Shown here one piece after another: positions 41,432 through 52,100 of a stretch of 64,000 nt of DNA (positions within the stretch are counted from its first letter, which is position 1; every line of letters starts with the position of its first letter). The position numbers and the translations under genes are program-made. The notes under the pieces are model-generated. The model did no database searches and was not told the origin of the DNA. It worked only from the letters and a program-made list of their open reading frames with translations. The stretch spans positions 1-64,000 of the forward strand of contig JAQGDQ010000797.1 of the NCBI GenBank assembly GCA_030141605.1, in the 5' to 3' direction. Source of the DNA: Tubiluchus corallicola. Lineage: Eukaryota; Animalia; Priapulida.

Positions 41432-41632
41432 GTACGTAGTGCCACGGCAATATCTTTTTTCGTGCACAATTTCACTTCTGTTCTATACAACATTCCTCTG
41501 TTTTGCTATCAAACAATAACTGACTGACACCAACAATAGTAGAAAAGGTATACACTCTCTCCATTGCTGTAACATGGAATTTGTTTAAAATAAAAACATT
41601 TGCTAATGCCCTAATATTTCGCCTTATTTCAG

Positions 41633-42259
41633 GCGCTAGCGGGCAGCACGTGTGGTGAAGGTTACTCAGGAGGAAAGTTTGAAAACAGCAACTACAAAAG
41701 TTTAGGATTTGATTTGGGCAAACATGGCCCACCAACTTCGGGTTTTGGCATTAAATCTCAATTTGGCGTGAACCCCGGTGGTAGCTTCCACAAGAATGGT
41801 CTCAATGACGACCACGAAGGATTTAGAATAGGAAGACATGGTCCACCAACGTCAGGTTTTGGCATCAAGAGTCGGTTTGGAGTGAACACTGGTAATGCCT
41901 TTAACCGCGGTCGACGATCCAAAGACCGACATGGATACGGCATCGGTCGACACGATTCACCAACATTTGGCTACGGCATTAAGAGCCAATTTGGTGTGAA
42001 CACCGGCAACGATTTTCATAGGAACGGATTCGTCAAAGACCTCGGCTTCCGTCTGGGAGTACATGCAGCACCAACGTCCGGCTTCGGAATCAAGAGACAA
42101 TTTGGCGTAAACACCGGAGGTGACTTCCACAGAAATGGATTTGTTGACAACTCCAAATTCAATATTGGAAAACACGGTCCACCAACGTCCGGATTTGGCA
42201 TCAAGAGAAGCATAAGCGGAATTCCACAGCGTCAGTCACGTGGAAGATACGGAAATTAA
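41633..42259 (+). CDS. Terminal exon of a putative secreted multi-copy peptide precursor (Gly/Phe/His-rich 37-38-aa repeats)
   Basis: Acceptor CCTTATTTCAG| at 41631-41632; 208 codons open (ALAGSTCGEGYSGG...RGRYGN*). Five H(G/D/A)(P/S/A)PT(S/F)G(F/Y)GIK cores and four (Q/R)FGVN(P/T)G blocks. The three identical cores differ at synonymous positions. Contains GK, GR, KR and GRR sites. Confidence 0.85.
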   Translation, partial: ALAGSTCGEGYSGGKFENSNYKSLGFDLGKHGPPTSGFGIKSQFGVNPGGSFHKNGLNDDHEGFRIGRHGPPTSGFGIKSRFGVNTGNAFNRGRRSKDRHGYGIGRHDSPTFGYGIKSQFGVNTGNDFHRNGFVKDLGFRLGVHAAPTSGFGIKRQFGVNTGGDFHRNGFVDNSKFNIGKHGPPTSGFGIKRSISGIPQRQSRGRYGN

Positions 42260-43749
42260 GCGACTTTTCCACAGATTATTCCGTTAATCAGAATCGTCCA
42301 CATTAAAAAAATTTCTCCTGCTCATGGCATAAACATGCAAGAAGGCCTACTATATAAAAGACTGCGATATTAGGGGTGAAGAGTTGCAAAATACAACTCT
42401 GGAATATGCGAACGTTGTAAAAATAATCTGAAGCATGAATTTGTCATGACTCAAAAATTTGCATCCAAACTTCCAAGTTTATATTCGTTTTTCTCAGGTG
42501 TCATTTTCTAACTCTTTAAGAAAATAGCAGCATACGGCATAAACGCAGCTGTAAATTTCTTGGGATTTATGGACAGAAATCAGCTTTTCTCTCGAACTAG
42601 GTATGACCAAAGCCCAAAGTTTAGACTAGGATTTAGAAAAGTGACAGTACCATCGAAAAAACCTTTACAATAGACCTACAGCATAATTAATAACGAAACT
42701 AACAGTGACAATTTCAACACTTTGTCCTGACATGATTCTAATTCAATACATTTAGGTGCCAGTAGATAAAGATCAGGAATACTGGAGCAGTAGGGCATTA
42801 AACCAATAACTTTATCATTATATCTACTACTGCTTAAGGCACTATTTTTGTTCTCAAGCGATACCAGAGCTAGTACTGCAGAGCCAGGTAAAAATTTTAT
42901 TGTCAAGCCGTCCTATTTAATTACATATTCTGAGCATGATATTGAAACTTTCACTTGACCTACATACTGCTCATCGCTATCTCTTACAGACGAGATGGAA
43001 TCATTGGAATGCCAAAAAATTTAACGTGGTATAAATATTTTATAAGTCTGTACCAGGATGTGATATTCATTATCTGTGATATTCCCAAACAAACAACAGT
43101 TATTTGTGTTGAGTTGTGATGAGAGTGTTTTGCGTGTTTTAGATAAAATTTCATTGTTAACCTTGTTAAAGTTTTATTGCGTTATATATAAATGTACACT
43201 TTCTGTTTATTCTATTATAGCGTTGCTAGTTTTGATTACTTTATGTTGTTATTGTTGATGATTGTTAAGTTGTTTGTTTAGCTTTACTGTTCAATTGTTG
43301 AGTGAATAAAAAACGAAAAACTATATAAAGCTGCATCCGTCTAAGCATTAATAGCTTTAATGCGTAAGTCTGACCGCGTTATGCGTAATCACCTGTGGAG
43401 TAGCTGCATAATAAATATCAATACGGGTGCCTTGAAAACAATATAAACTGATTTTATCTATTCCGCATAACGCATACGCATTCCGGATGTCTGGTAAACG
43501 CCACTTAAGACAGTGCCGGCACACACAAATCACGCACAAAAACAAATTTTTGCGACGTACATTTTGTGTTACGAAAAATATTTATTACTAAGCAAGGAAA
43601 GATCAACAGACACCAGAACAACATCAGTCAGTGTCTGTAATTACAGAAATGGGAGGGTTTTTTGCCATCTGTGTCAAATTTCTTGATTTCTCAATAAGGT
43701 ATCAGAATTCGTCTGTATCTCATTGGTGCGAAAGGTATAGCGTAGATAT

Positions 43750-43870
43750 CACACACACACGCACACACACACACACGCACGCACGCGCACGCACACACAC
43801 ACACACACACACACACATACATACATATATATATACATATATACATATATATATATATACGTGTGTATAG
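43750..43870. repeat. (CA)n/(TA)n compound microsatellite
   Basis: Visible repeat. Confidence 0.95.
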
Positions 43871-43995
43871 TATATATAATAATAAAACTGTTTATGTATA
43901 TGTCATATGTTATGTATCTGCATATGTTATATAAGAACCGACCGTACATATTAAAAATACACATTCACAATATGTTATATAGCAAGTTAAAAACG

Positions 43996-44469
43996 TTAAA
44001 GGAAGACAGGATAATTTTTGATCATTTTCAAATTAGATAAAAAGTATACATTTTAACACAATTAATACTGCAAAAGCGTTGCTGATAATTAAATTATCGA
44101 TTAAAAACTTAATTAACGGCGGGCGGGACCAACTATTCATGACATCACAAACTAACATAATTTTCAACAGTAAAAATATTCCAGGAGCGTGTTGCACTTG
44201 TTTGTGAAAGAGAAAATTGAAGTACAGTGCTACTGTAAGGTATTCAGTGTGCTGATATAATGTACGATATTTAGTGTCTAAGCAAGTTTTAAGATAAAAA
44301 TTCAAATTTCAAATTTACATGTGCTCACGCATGAGCTGTCGAACGTGTGTAGTTCGTCACAAACTTGAACTGAGAGGTGTAGCACTTGTTTTCGCGCAAT
44401 GCGTTTTCGAAATGCAGGCGCAGGTGCCCGGCTAACTAGCGAAGTGCATGTAACAGCGAAGAACTAGTG
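43996..44469. mobile_element. Kolobok-like non-autonomous element, copy 3 (truncated)
   Basis: Begins TTAA-AGGAAGACAGG and is collinear with 23825-24280. Confidence 0.7.
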
Positions 44470-44544
44470 CATTGCAACAGTTATTATATCACTAATACAA
44501 CTACTAATTATTGTTTCGGTTACAGGCACTTGAAACATTTATAG

Positions 44545-44945
44545 TTAGAACACCACAATAGAACTTTTTAATTTACACTGTTAAAAAATCATATCAACGT
44601 TTCGAGAGAGCTACTGCTGTCATCATCGGCGGTAAATTTTTACAAACATACAACCAGTTTGTATAGGCAGGATCTACAGTATAGAACATTATGCACTAAT
44701 TATGTATTTAACAGAAGTCGAATTCATTACCAGATCATATAACAGATGCTTATTCATTACCTATTTGGCTTCTGTTAAATACATAATTAGTGCATGTTGT
44801 TCTATACTGTAGGCTTTGCCTATATAAACTAGTTATATGTTTTGATGAAATAAACCACTGATGATGACAGCAGTAGGTCTGTCGAAATGTTTAACATGAT
44901 TTTTTAACTATGTAAGTAAAATTTTTAATAAAGCTGAGGTGCTTT
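44545..44945. mobile_element. About 400-bp palindrome (fold-back) with outward-facing Penelope-type hammerhead motifs
   Basis: Arms at about 44545-44722 and 44763-44945 are reverse complements (CTACAGTATAGAACA...ATGCACTAATTATGTATTTAACAGAAG). Minus-strand motif CCGATGA...GAAACGTTG at 44595-44629. Confidence 0.75.
44858..44892 (+). ncRNA. Minimal hammerhead ribozyme motif
   Basis: CTGATGA-T-GACAG-CAGTAGGT-CTGTC-GAAA-TGTT has intact core boxes and a perfect 5-bp stem II; stem III has a C>T change. Confidence 0.6.
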
Positions 44946-45003
44946 AAGTATATGTACCAATTATTGCATTTTTAAACAAAGCTTTGCATCTCTCAGTAAA
45001 CTG

Positions 45004-45007
<4 letters not shown>

Positions 45008-45058
<51 letters not shown>

Positions 45059-45185
45059 CGCGCGCGCGCGTGCGCGTGTGCGTGTGTGATTGTGCGTGCG
45101 TGCCGTGCGCGCGTGCAGGTGTTGTGTGTGTGTGTGTGTGCGTGCGTGCGTGCGTGTGTGTGTGTGTGTGTATGCGTGTATGCGT
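45008..45185. repeat. (GT)n/(GC)n compound microsatellite
   Basis: Visible alternating purine-pyrimidine repeat. Confidence 0.95.
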
Positions 45186-46411
45186 GCTTTGTAATACGGA
45201 CTAGCGCTTCAGTATTAAATTTATTGATCCAGTTATTATAACGTTAACATTAATTCAGTGATTTTGATCAATTTATAATTTGATACGATACCAAACAAAC
45301 TAAACAAACAGTAAAGATTTGGTGTAATGTTGTCGAAAACATCTTTCCGATTGGACAATTATTGTATATTATTCTACTTAAAGCTAGTTAAGAAGTAGTC
45401 CATGTACAGTGAGAACGTAAACTTTTGTAGTTTAATTACAATAAATAACTTTAAAGCCAAGTGAGTCACTACTGTCGTCGCCTCATTGACTACTTAATCA
45501 TCTAAATGCTTATGGTAGTACTATAAGAATGATAAGAGTGTGGACAGGAAGCAGATCCCTGGGAAAGACTTGTCTGGCGCGTGAAATAGTTGGAACAGGT
45601 TTTTTCCCATGTTATAACAACTTCAAACATGTTTATAACTAATTTGTAGCCAATACATTTCGAGAGTACTTATATGGTACGAAACTGTGCACACATAAAT
45701 AGAGAAATAAATATGATATCTAACACATTTATTATTGTATTTCAACATGTTGCCTAACATTGTACAATTGTTGTAAATAAATAATTGCATCAAGATGTTT
45801 TAATCATTGTTCTTTGCTTTTATTTATCTCAAGCTAGGAACTACAGATCGACAAAATACTAATAGCATGCTTTTCGTGAACCCCTTTTAGATAGAAAATC
45901 TTCAGTCCGATAGCTTAAAACTCCCACACTTTTACGTGACGTGGTGCCGAAATGCACTGTGTCGACTTTTCAAGTTCGCGACAAATGTGCAGAACATACA
46001 AGGTAAAAACTAAATAACATTTTCACAAGAGCAAAATATGAGACACACAAATTGGACGCCCAGAACAAGAAAAATGCGTCGTAGTTAAACTTTATAGTAT
46101 TAAACCTTTAACTGGTCCACCCAAAAGTTCTCAGTAAATAACTTAGCTATAGACATTCTCCCGGGGAACAACACACTTGTTATGTAGAAATTTGACTATA
46201 AAATCACATCTACATTAACGCACTTTCAGTACAAACGTTACTCAAATAGAAATACCGATTAATTAAATACAAATAGGCCCACCTTTTATCCGCAGGGTGA
46301 ATGATGAATATCATAATGAATTCTATGAAGTTTACAGTTATATAATTATAATGTAATATTTCGTTGTTTCTTAAATACTACGCCTTTAATGAACTTATTA
46401 TTTAAACAGAT

Positions 46412-47355
46412 GCAGATCACATTGATACCACCTTGAATACAACCTACTAGAAAAACTGATACAGATCACACTAATATCATGTTGAGTACAACCTACAAAA
46501 AATTATCACATTGCAGATCACATTGATACCACGTTGAATACAATCTACTAGTAAAACTGACGCCGCTTACATTGATTCCACATTGAATACGATCTACTAG
46601 TAAAGCTGATGCAGATCACATTGATACTATGTTGAATACAATCTACTAATAAAACTGATGCAGATCACATTGATACCATGTTGAATACAATCTACAAATA
46701 AAACTGTTGCAGATCACATTGATACCATGTTGAATACAATCTACAAATAAAACTGTTGCAGATCACATTGATACCATGTTGAATACAATTTACAAATAAA
46801 ACTGTTGCAGATCACATTGATACCATGTTGAATACAATCTACAAATAAAACTGTTGCAGATCACATTGATATCATGTTGAATACAATCTACAAATAAAAC
46901 TGTTGCAGATCACATTGATACCATGTTGAATACAATCTACAAATAAAACTGTTGCAGATCACATTGATATCATGTTGAATACAATCTACAAATAAAACTG
47001 TTGCAGATCACATTGATACCATGTTGAATACAATCTACAAATAAAACTGTTGCAGATCACATTGATATCATGTTGAATACAATCTACAAATAAAACTGTT
47101 GCAGATCACATTGATACCATGTTGAATACAATCTACAAATAAAACTGTTGCAGATCACATTGATATCATGTTGAATACAATCTACAAATAAAACTGTTGC
47201 AGATCACATTGATACCATGTTGAATACAATCTACAAATAAAACTGTTGCAGATCACATTGATATCATGTTGAATACAATCTACAAATAAAACTGTTGCAG
47301 ATCACATTGATACCATGTTGAATATAGCCTTCTAGAAAAACTGATGCCGATCACT
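46412..47355. repeat. 49-bp minisatellite, about 19 copies
   Basis: Unit GCAGATCACATTGATA(C/T)CATGTTGAATACAATCTACAAATAAAACTGTT. Units start at 46611, 46660 and so on up to 47297; flanking units are degenerate. Confidence 0.97.
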
Positions 47356-47714
47356 TTCATAGCACGATTTTTACCCGGAAAAGCTACTAGCAGCTCTGAT
47401 TGACTGTTTTTTTGGTTTATGAAAGAATAACTATCCAGTCTAAGTACAAAAGAAGTGCATGAAGTGGTTGCTCAAAGGTGTTGAGTCACCTCCAAACAGT
47501 CAATGTAGGGTGAGGTAGGGAGTCACCTGCAAACAGTTACTAATTTGAGTGAGGAGGGAGCGGCTTGCAGGTGATGACATTTGTATTTTCATCAGATCAG
47601 TCTCAGGAATTATTGTGTTAACCTAAACGACAAAATAGTGTGAAATAAATTGATTCTCGCAATCACAAAGTTTGCCAGGCAAAGAAGGCGCTCTACTTGA
47701 TAAAAGAGATACAT

Positions 47715-48719
47715 TCACTGCGACTGCAAGGTGGTGCTAATTTGATTTGCACGAATACAAGTTTTGCAGGGGAAAAGCTTCAAGAATGCGATTCTAAACT
47801 GCAGATCGTTAAACGAATAAATTATGAAATTAAAGAAGGAGTTCCAAACCAGGACTGCCCCGCACTTTGAGAAAATACTGCTTTTGTACCCTAAGCCGCA
47901 GTGTTCAGGGCAAAAGTTATAGACCTGGATAAGTATGAACAAGGGCAAGTACAGCAAGAAATACAACCCGATGATTGATCCAAAGGCTTTAGCGAGTTTA
48001 AGGTGGCGTTTGAATTGACTTTGTCCAAATGATGCCGCAGCTTCTTCCACTCTTGCTATAGCTCGTAGGTGCTTGCGAGCAATGATGATTATTCTGACGT
48101 AACAAAGTAACATGCCGCATCCGCAAACCATATTCAACAGAGAAGTAAGTGAGGATATAATATAGGCCCATGATAGCATAGTTATGGTACACTGTCCCTC
48201 AAAATCAATCAGTCCATGCGCTAAAGCAATTGGAAGGTCAATAATAAATGGTCCAACCCAAATGACCCCAAAAACAATAACTGTCTGCAAACGTGTAAGA
48301 TTAGGCGAAGTGAGGGGATACAAGAGATGAATCAATCGATCAATACTTATTGCCAGTAGAGTTAAGACATTGGCTTTACCAGCACAGGACATACAAAAGA
48401 CGATGGCATTGCACATTAAATTATCAAATCTCGAGAATCTTTGAATGAATAAGAAGACAGAACCAACAGCCATAGATCCATCAGCAATGGCCAAATTGCA
48501 AAGGAGAAAATACGAGAGTTCATACAGTGTTGGAGACGCAACAACTGTGACCACAGTTATAATACTCTCTGTTAAAATAAATAATGTAATAAAAAATTGA
48601 AATGCTGTAGCAATTAACAATCCACTAAAGTTTTCCCCAAGTTCTATATGTGTTGTAGAGTTTTCAGCTGCGGAGAAGTTATCAGTAGAAACGAGGCTAT
48701 TGAAAACATCGGAAATCAT
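47715..48719 (-). CDS. Intronless class A (rhodopsin-like) GPCR, 334 aa
   Basis: Seven hydrophobic segments; N-terminal NxS/T sequons; TM2 CNLAIAD, TM3 AISIDRL...YPL, post-TM5 ARKH, TM6 YFLLYLP, TM7 NSFFNFIIY, helix 8 FRIAF. Confidence 0.93.
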   Translation of the reverse strand: MISDVFNSLVSTDNFSAAENSTTHIELGENFSGLLIATAFQFFITLFILTESIITVVTVVASPTLYELSYFLLCNLAIADGSMAVGSVFLFIQRFSRFDNLMCNAIVFCMSCAGKANVLTLLAISIDRLIHLLYPLTSPNLTRLQTVIVFGVIWVGPFIIDLPIALAHGLIDFEGQCTITMLSWAYIISSLTSLLNMVCGCGMLLCYVRIIIIARKHLRAIARVEEAAASFGQSQFKRHLKLAKAFGSIIGLYFLLYLPLFILIQVYNFCPEHCGLGYKSSIFSKCGAVLVWNSFFNFIIYSFNDLQFRIAFLKLFPCKTCIRANQISTTLQSQ

Positions 48720-49582
48720 GTTGTTTGACGTGAGTGTGTAGAAAATTCAGTACTTTTCACATCCCTCGCTTGTATAACTTTCTGTAACTCACAAAACTTT
48801 CTATAAGCGCGACTTGATCACGGCCTACTTCTAGTTTTTTCACACGTTGATACAAACAAAATCTACTGCTGGTGCAAGTTGTCTCATCCAGTTTGAGAGT
48901 CAAAATCTGGTCATATCACCGAAGTATCGGCGTATATTTTCAACAAACTCTGAAAGTAATTTCTTGAAACACATCTGCGTCTTGTACAGTACATTCACTG
49001 CCATACGATATGGTCCTGAATAAAATGCCAAATACCATTTACTATTAAATATGCAACAATTGTCGTTTTATCTGTAATAATAAATTACAGCAATCAGTTT
49101 TTAGCGAAAAACATAAGTTTGATACAGGTAAATTACTATATTAGGTTACGTGATTTTCGTCTATAATTACACAAAAATAACAGCGAAATAGCCCTAATTG
49201 TATAAAGCAGTTCAATAAAGATAATTAGACACTTACATGTGGTCTCCCTGAGTTTTGGCGCTTATAACTTGCAAAAAAACAATAGAAATCAATTCACAAC
49301 ATTCACATAATATCAACTTGAATTGCATACCAGGCTAACTACCTGGTCACATGACTGATGACAGTTAAAGGGGCAAGACCAAATTTAACAGGTAGGGAAA
49401 CGTGTATGTGCATAACAAACGGTGTCCTGAGACAGTCAGTCACAGCGAACACAACACTGCTACTAGCTTACGCGAGACTACGTCTTCTGTGGTCCAGCAC
49501 CATGCTAACATTGGGATAAGATCTTCCTTGTGTAAATTGCGAAATGGGCTCTATAGAAACCACGGCATCTTTCAAATGCTTA

Positions 49583-49752
49583 GGGCGGATTCAGACTAGT
49601 GAGTTTTCTTGCCAAGTAACTTTGCTAGCGTGTTCGTTCAAACCTGAGAACAAAACTTGCTGCGAGTTACTCTCCAATAGACACTTGCTTCTCTATTCGT
49701 TGCGAGTCTTGCGAGTTTGCTCGCAAGAAAACTCGCTAGTCTGTATGCGCCA
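49583..49752. mobile_element. PIF/Harbinger-type MITE
   Basis: TIR GGCGGATTCAGACTAGTGAGTTTTCTTGC / GCAAGAAAACTCGCTAGTCTGTATGCGCC; TTA at 49580-49582 and 49753-49755. Confidence 0.8.
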
Positions 49753-49820
49753 TTACGAAGTAAACTGCATATCAAGCAATAAGCTTTTTCACAGTTCCAG
49801 CGATTGATGACGATTGTGAA

Positions 49821-50125
49821 AGGTCAAAGGTTAAGTGTACCAGACACCGCATTTGTGTACCCTTGATAACGCCTCACAGCCCATGCTATTGTAAAAGTAA
49901 TTAAGAAAAGGCACGAATGCTAGCCGTAGAACCTTACCTAGTTCACTTTTCTTGTTCCCAGGCAAGATTCTCATCTAATGCGCACAGACTAAGGCATAAT
50001 TAAGAAAAATCCTGAAAGACAACTGAAGTTACTGAACTGATGCGGCAAACGGGTTTGCTTTACCCACATGTCACGCGATGGTAGCAGCTAAAACGCGTTG
50101 CTGTGGTACACTTAACCTTTGACCT
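49821..50125. repeat. Perfect 22-bp inverted repeat (DR1-like AGGTCA-A-AGGTTA), part of an interspersed repeat
   Basis: AGGTCAAAGGTTAAGTGTACCA (49821-49842) versus TGGTACACTTAACCTTTGACCT (50104-50125). The right arm and its flank recur at about 61307-61370. Confidence 0.8.
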
Positions 50126-50483
50126 ACAGAAACTGTGTGTGCGCACAACGAAACTAAGAAAAGGCTTATTTCGAGCCTATAATGGGCTGATATCAGACAA
50201 TGAGTTTAAAGCCTTGTAATAATAAGAGAGAGAAAAATCAGTTATTTTTAGTAAAAGCTTGAAGCTCATTTCCGACATTATACCCATTTTACCATATACA
50301 CTCCGCCACAGTACTACACGTTCAACACCATAAGTTGCTCTAACCTCACTAAGCTATGTAATTTCATACATCGCATTGCAATCTAGCTGTCTTTTGCTAA
50401 CGATGGCTTTATATAGATCGTTAAGCTTATTTTTTCTGTTATAACATCTAAACCATTGTTTCAGTTTTGAAAAGTAGAAAGTA

Positions 50484-50694
50484 TTAAAGGAACATTATGC
50501 TACCTTTGTTGGTGAAAGTTTGTGTTGACTTAATAGCTTTGCGCGGGCGTATCATATAGACGTTTTACTACAAATGTACTGGATATTTAATCTCGATAAA
50601 GCAATTAGTATTTCATTCTTGAAGATTATTCATATTTTACTCTGTTCCATGTATTCATGGGGCTTTTACGAAAATGTTCTAATGTTCCCTTTAT
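50484..50694. mobile_element. Small TIR element (Kolobok-like ends)
   Basis: TTAAAGGAACATTA...TAATGTTCCCTTTA. Confidence 0.45.
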
Positions 50695-50857
50695 TGCTGG
50701 TGCTAATCGGATGTTTACATTTACACATGTGACTGGCTTTTACCCACGGATGTATTGATAATGAAGTTTTGGTAGCAGTCATATAATTATGATGCGCTTG
50801 GCAAATTTGTAAAGGATCATTTCAGATTAGAGTAATGTTATAGAGCATAAAGTCTAA

Positions 50858-51521
50858 ACCTACGACTCCATGTGTGCGTAATGCGTGATGCGTGATGCGT
50901 ATTGACTGTTTCTATGTGTCTGTAAACGCTATACGTATTAACAAAACCCAAGGCGCTCTTTCCGTCATTTTTGGTCGCTATACGTGAAAATTGCGAGTAA
51001 TAACTTTTGGAAACCATGTCTCTGTCGAAATTTAAGCATGGTAATTACAGTTGCAGCATTAACTTATTGTTGTTCTATTAGATGGAAAATTTCACAGGTT
51101 TTGGGTGCACAACATGTTGCAGGGCAGAGAACAACACGGCACGTATCGCCCATTAGTGATACCGCAGTACTGTGTACATGCTTCGTTCATCTCTTCAAAA
51201 TTCAAAAAGAAAAAACATTATTGTTTACAGATCCTAAGTGACCAAAACTCACCTAACTAGACTTTTCAGAAAATGGTCACCGGAAACTTGAAAACTCGCT
51301 ATAATCACCTAGGCAACGGCGGTTTTCCGTCTGCGTATTGCTGCGTGATGCGTATACGACTACGATCACGTTCGAATGAATGCGGAGAACGCATCACGCA
51401 GTACGGATCACGCATTACGTACTCATGGAAACACTTATACATGTTTAAATGCCAACTGTTGTAGACGCATTACGGATCACGGATCACGCATAACGCATTA
51501 CGTACACATGGAGTCGTACCT
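50858..51521. mobile_element. PIF/Harbinger-like MITE
   Basis: TIR TACGACTCCATGTGTGCGTAATGCGT / ACGCATTACGTACACATGGAGTCGTA; 7-bp subterminal repeats; partial copy at 25072. Confidence 0.8.
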
Positions 51522-51894
51522 TATAGGTCCTTATGACTTTAATTTTTCGATCTGCCGACTAATATATTTTCCTCCTAAATTAGAGAACCCAACATATGTC
51601 TAATGTTGTCTATCTTTGTCTCTAGTAAATGTTTCTTTCACAGTTTGTTTGTTGGTAATGCAATGTATGTATTGGTGGTCAATAAGCAAATATATACGTA
51701 TCAAGAGGTAGAGCCATCAGTGGACCAAGATAAACTGAGTTACTGTCAAAGGAATGATTTCCTTTGAATTTCATATGAGAAGTTGCTGCCACTAAAAAGC
51801 CGGCGAGGGACGATGCATCGTATAATTTTTTGAGAATGCAAGTTTTGCAACAGAATTGCACTAGCCATTCAACACTCCTTAATAGATAAACCGT

Positions 51895-52100
51895 CTTCTC
51901 CCCGCCTCCTTAAAGAGGGGCTTCATCAGGGACTAGCCAAAAAGTTTGAGAAGTACCAACTCTACATTACATACATTGCATTAAAACTGGGGCCTCAAAC
52001 TCTCAAATATAAGCGCTCTAAACTAACTCACAGCCTTTCATCCTGGTAGATGCATTATCAAAAGAGACCCATGACCCAAAAGTAACCCGAGTTTTCCTTT
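51895..52100 (-). mobile_element. Penelope-like element relic (end of GIY-YIG endonuclease plus decayed hammerhead)
   Basis: Minus-strand SFDNA...ELV*SAYI*EFEAPVL resembles PLE endonuclease C-termini. It is followed by CTGATGA-AGCC...GGC (box at 51929-51923) lacking the GAAA box. Confidence 0.4.

Noticed and set aside
41758-42213. Minus-strand ORFs opposite the repeat protein
   Set aside because: Antisense shadows; the synonymous variation and the splice acceptor support the plus frame.
42676-43030. Additional exon downstream of the peptide gene
   Set aside because: Multiple stops; only a faint resemblance to a decayed LINE C-terminus (HDIET...YCSS...DEM...LECQK).
46412-47355. CRISPR-like array
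   Set aside because: Units are contiguous with no unique spacers; there are no cas genes and the context is eukaryotic.
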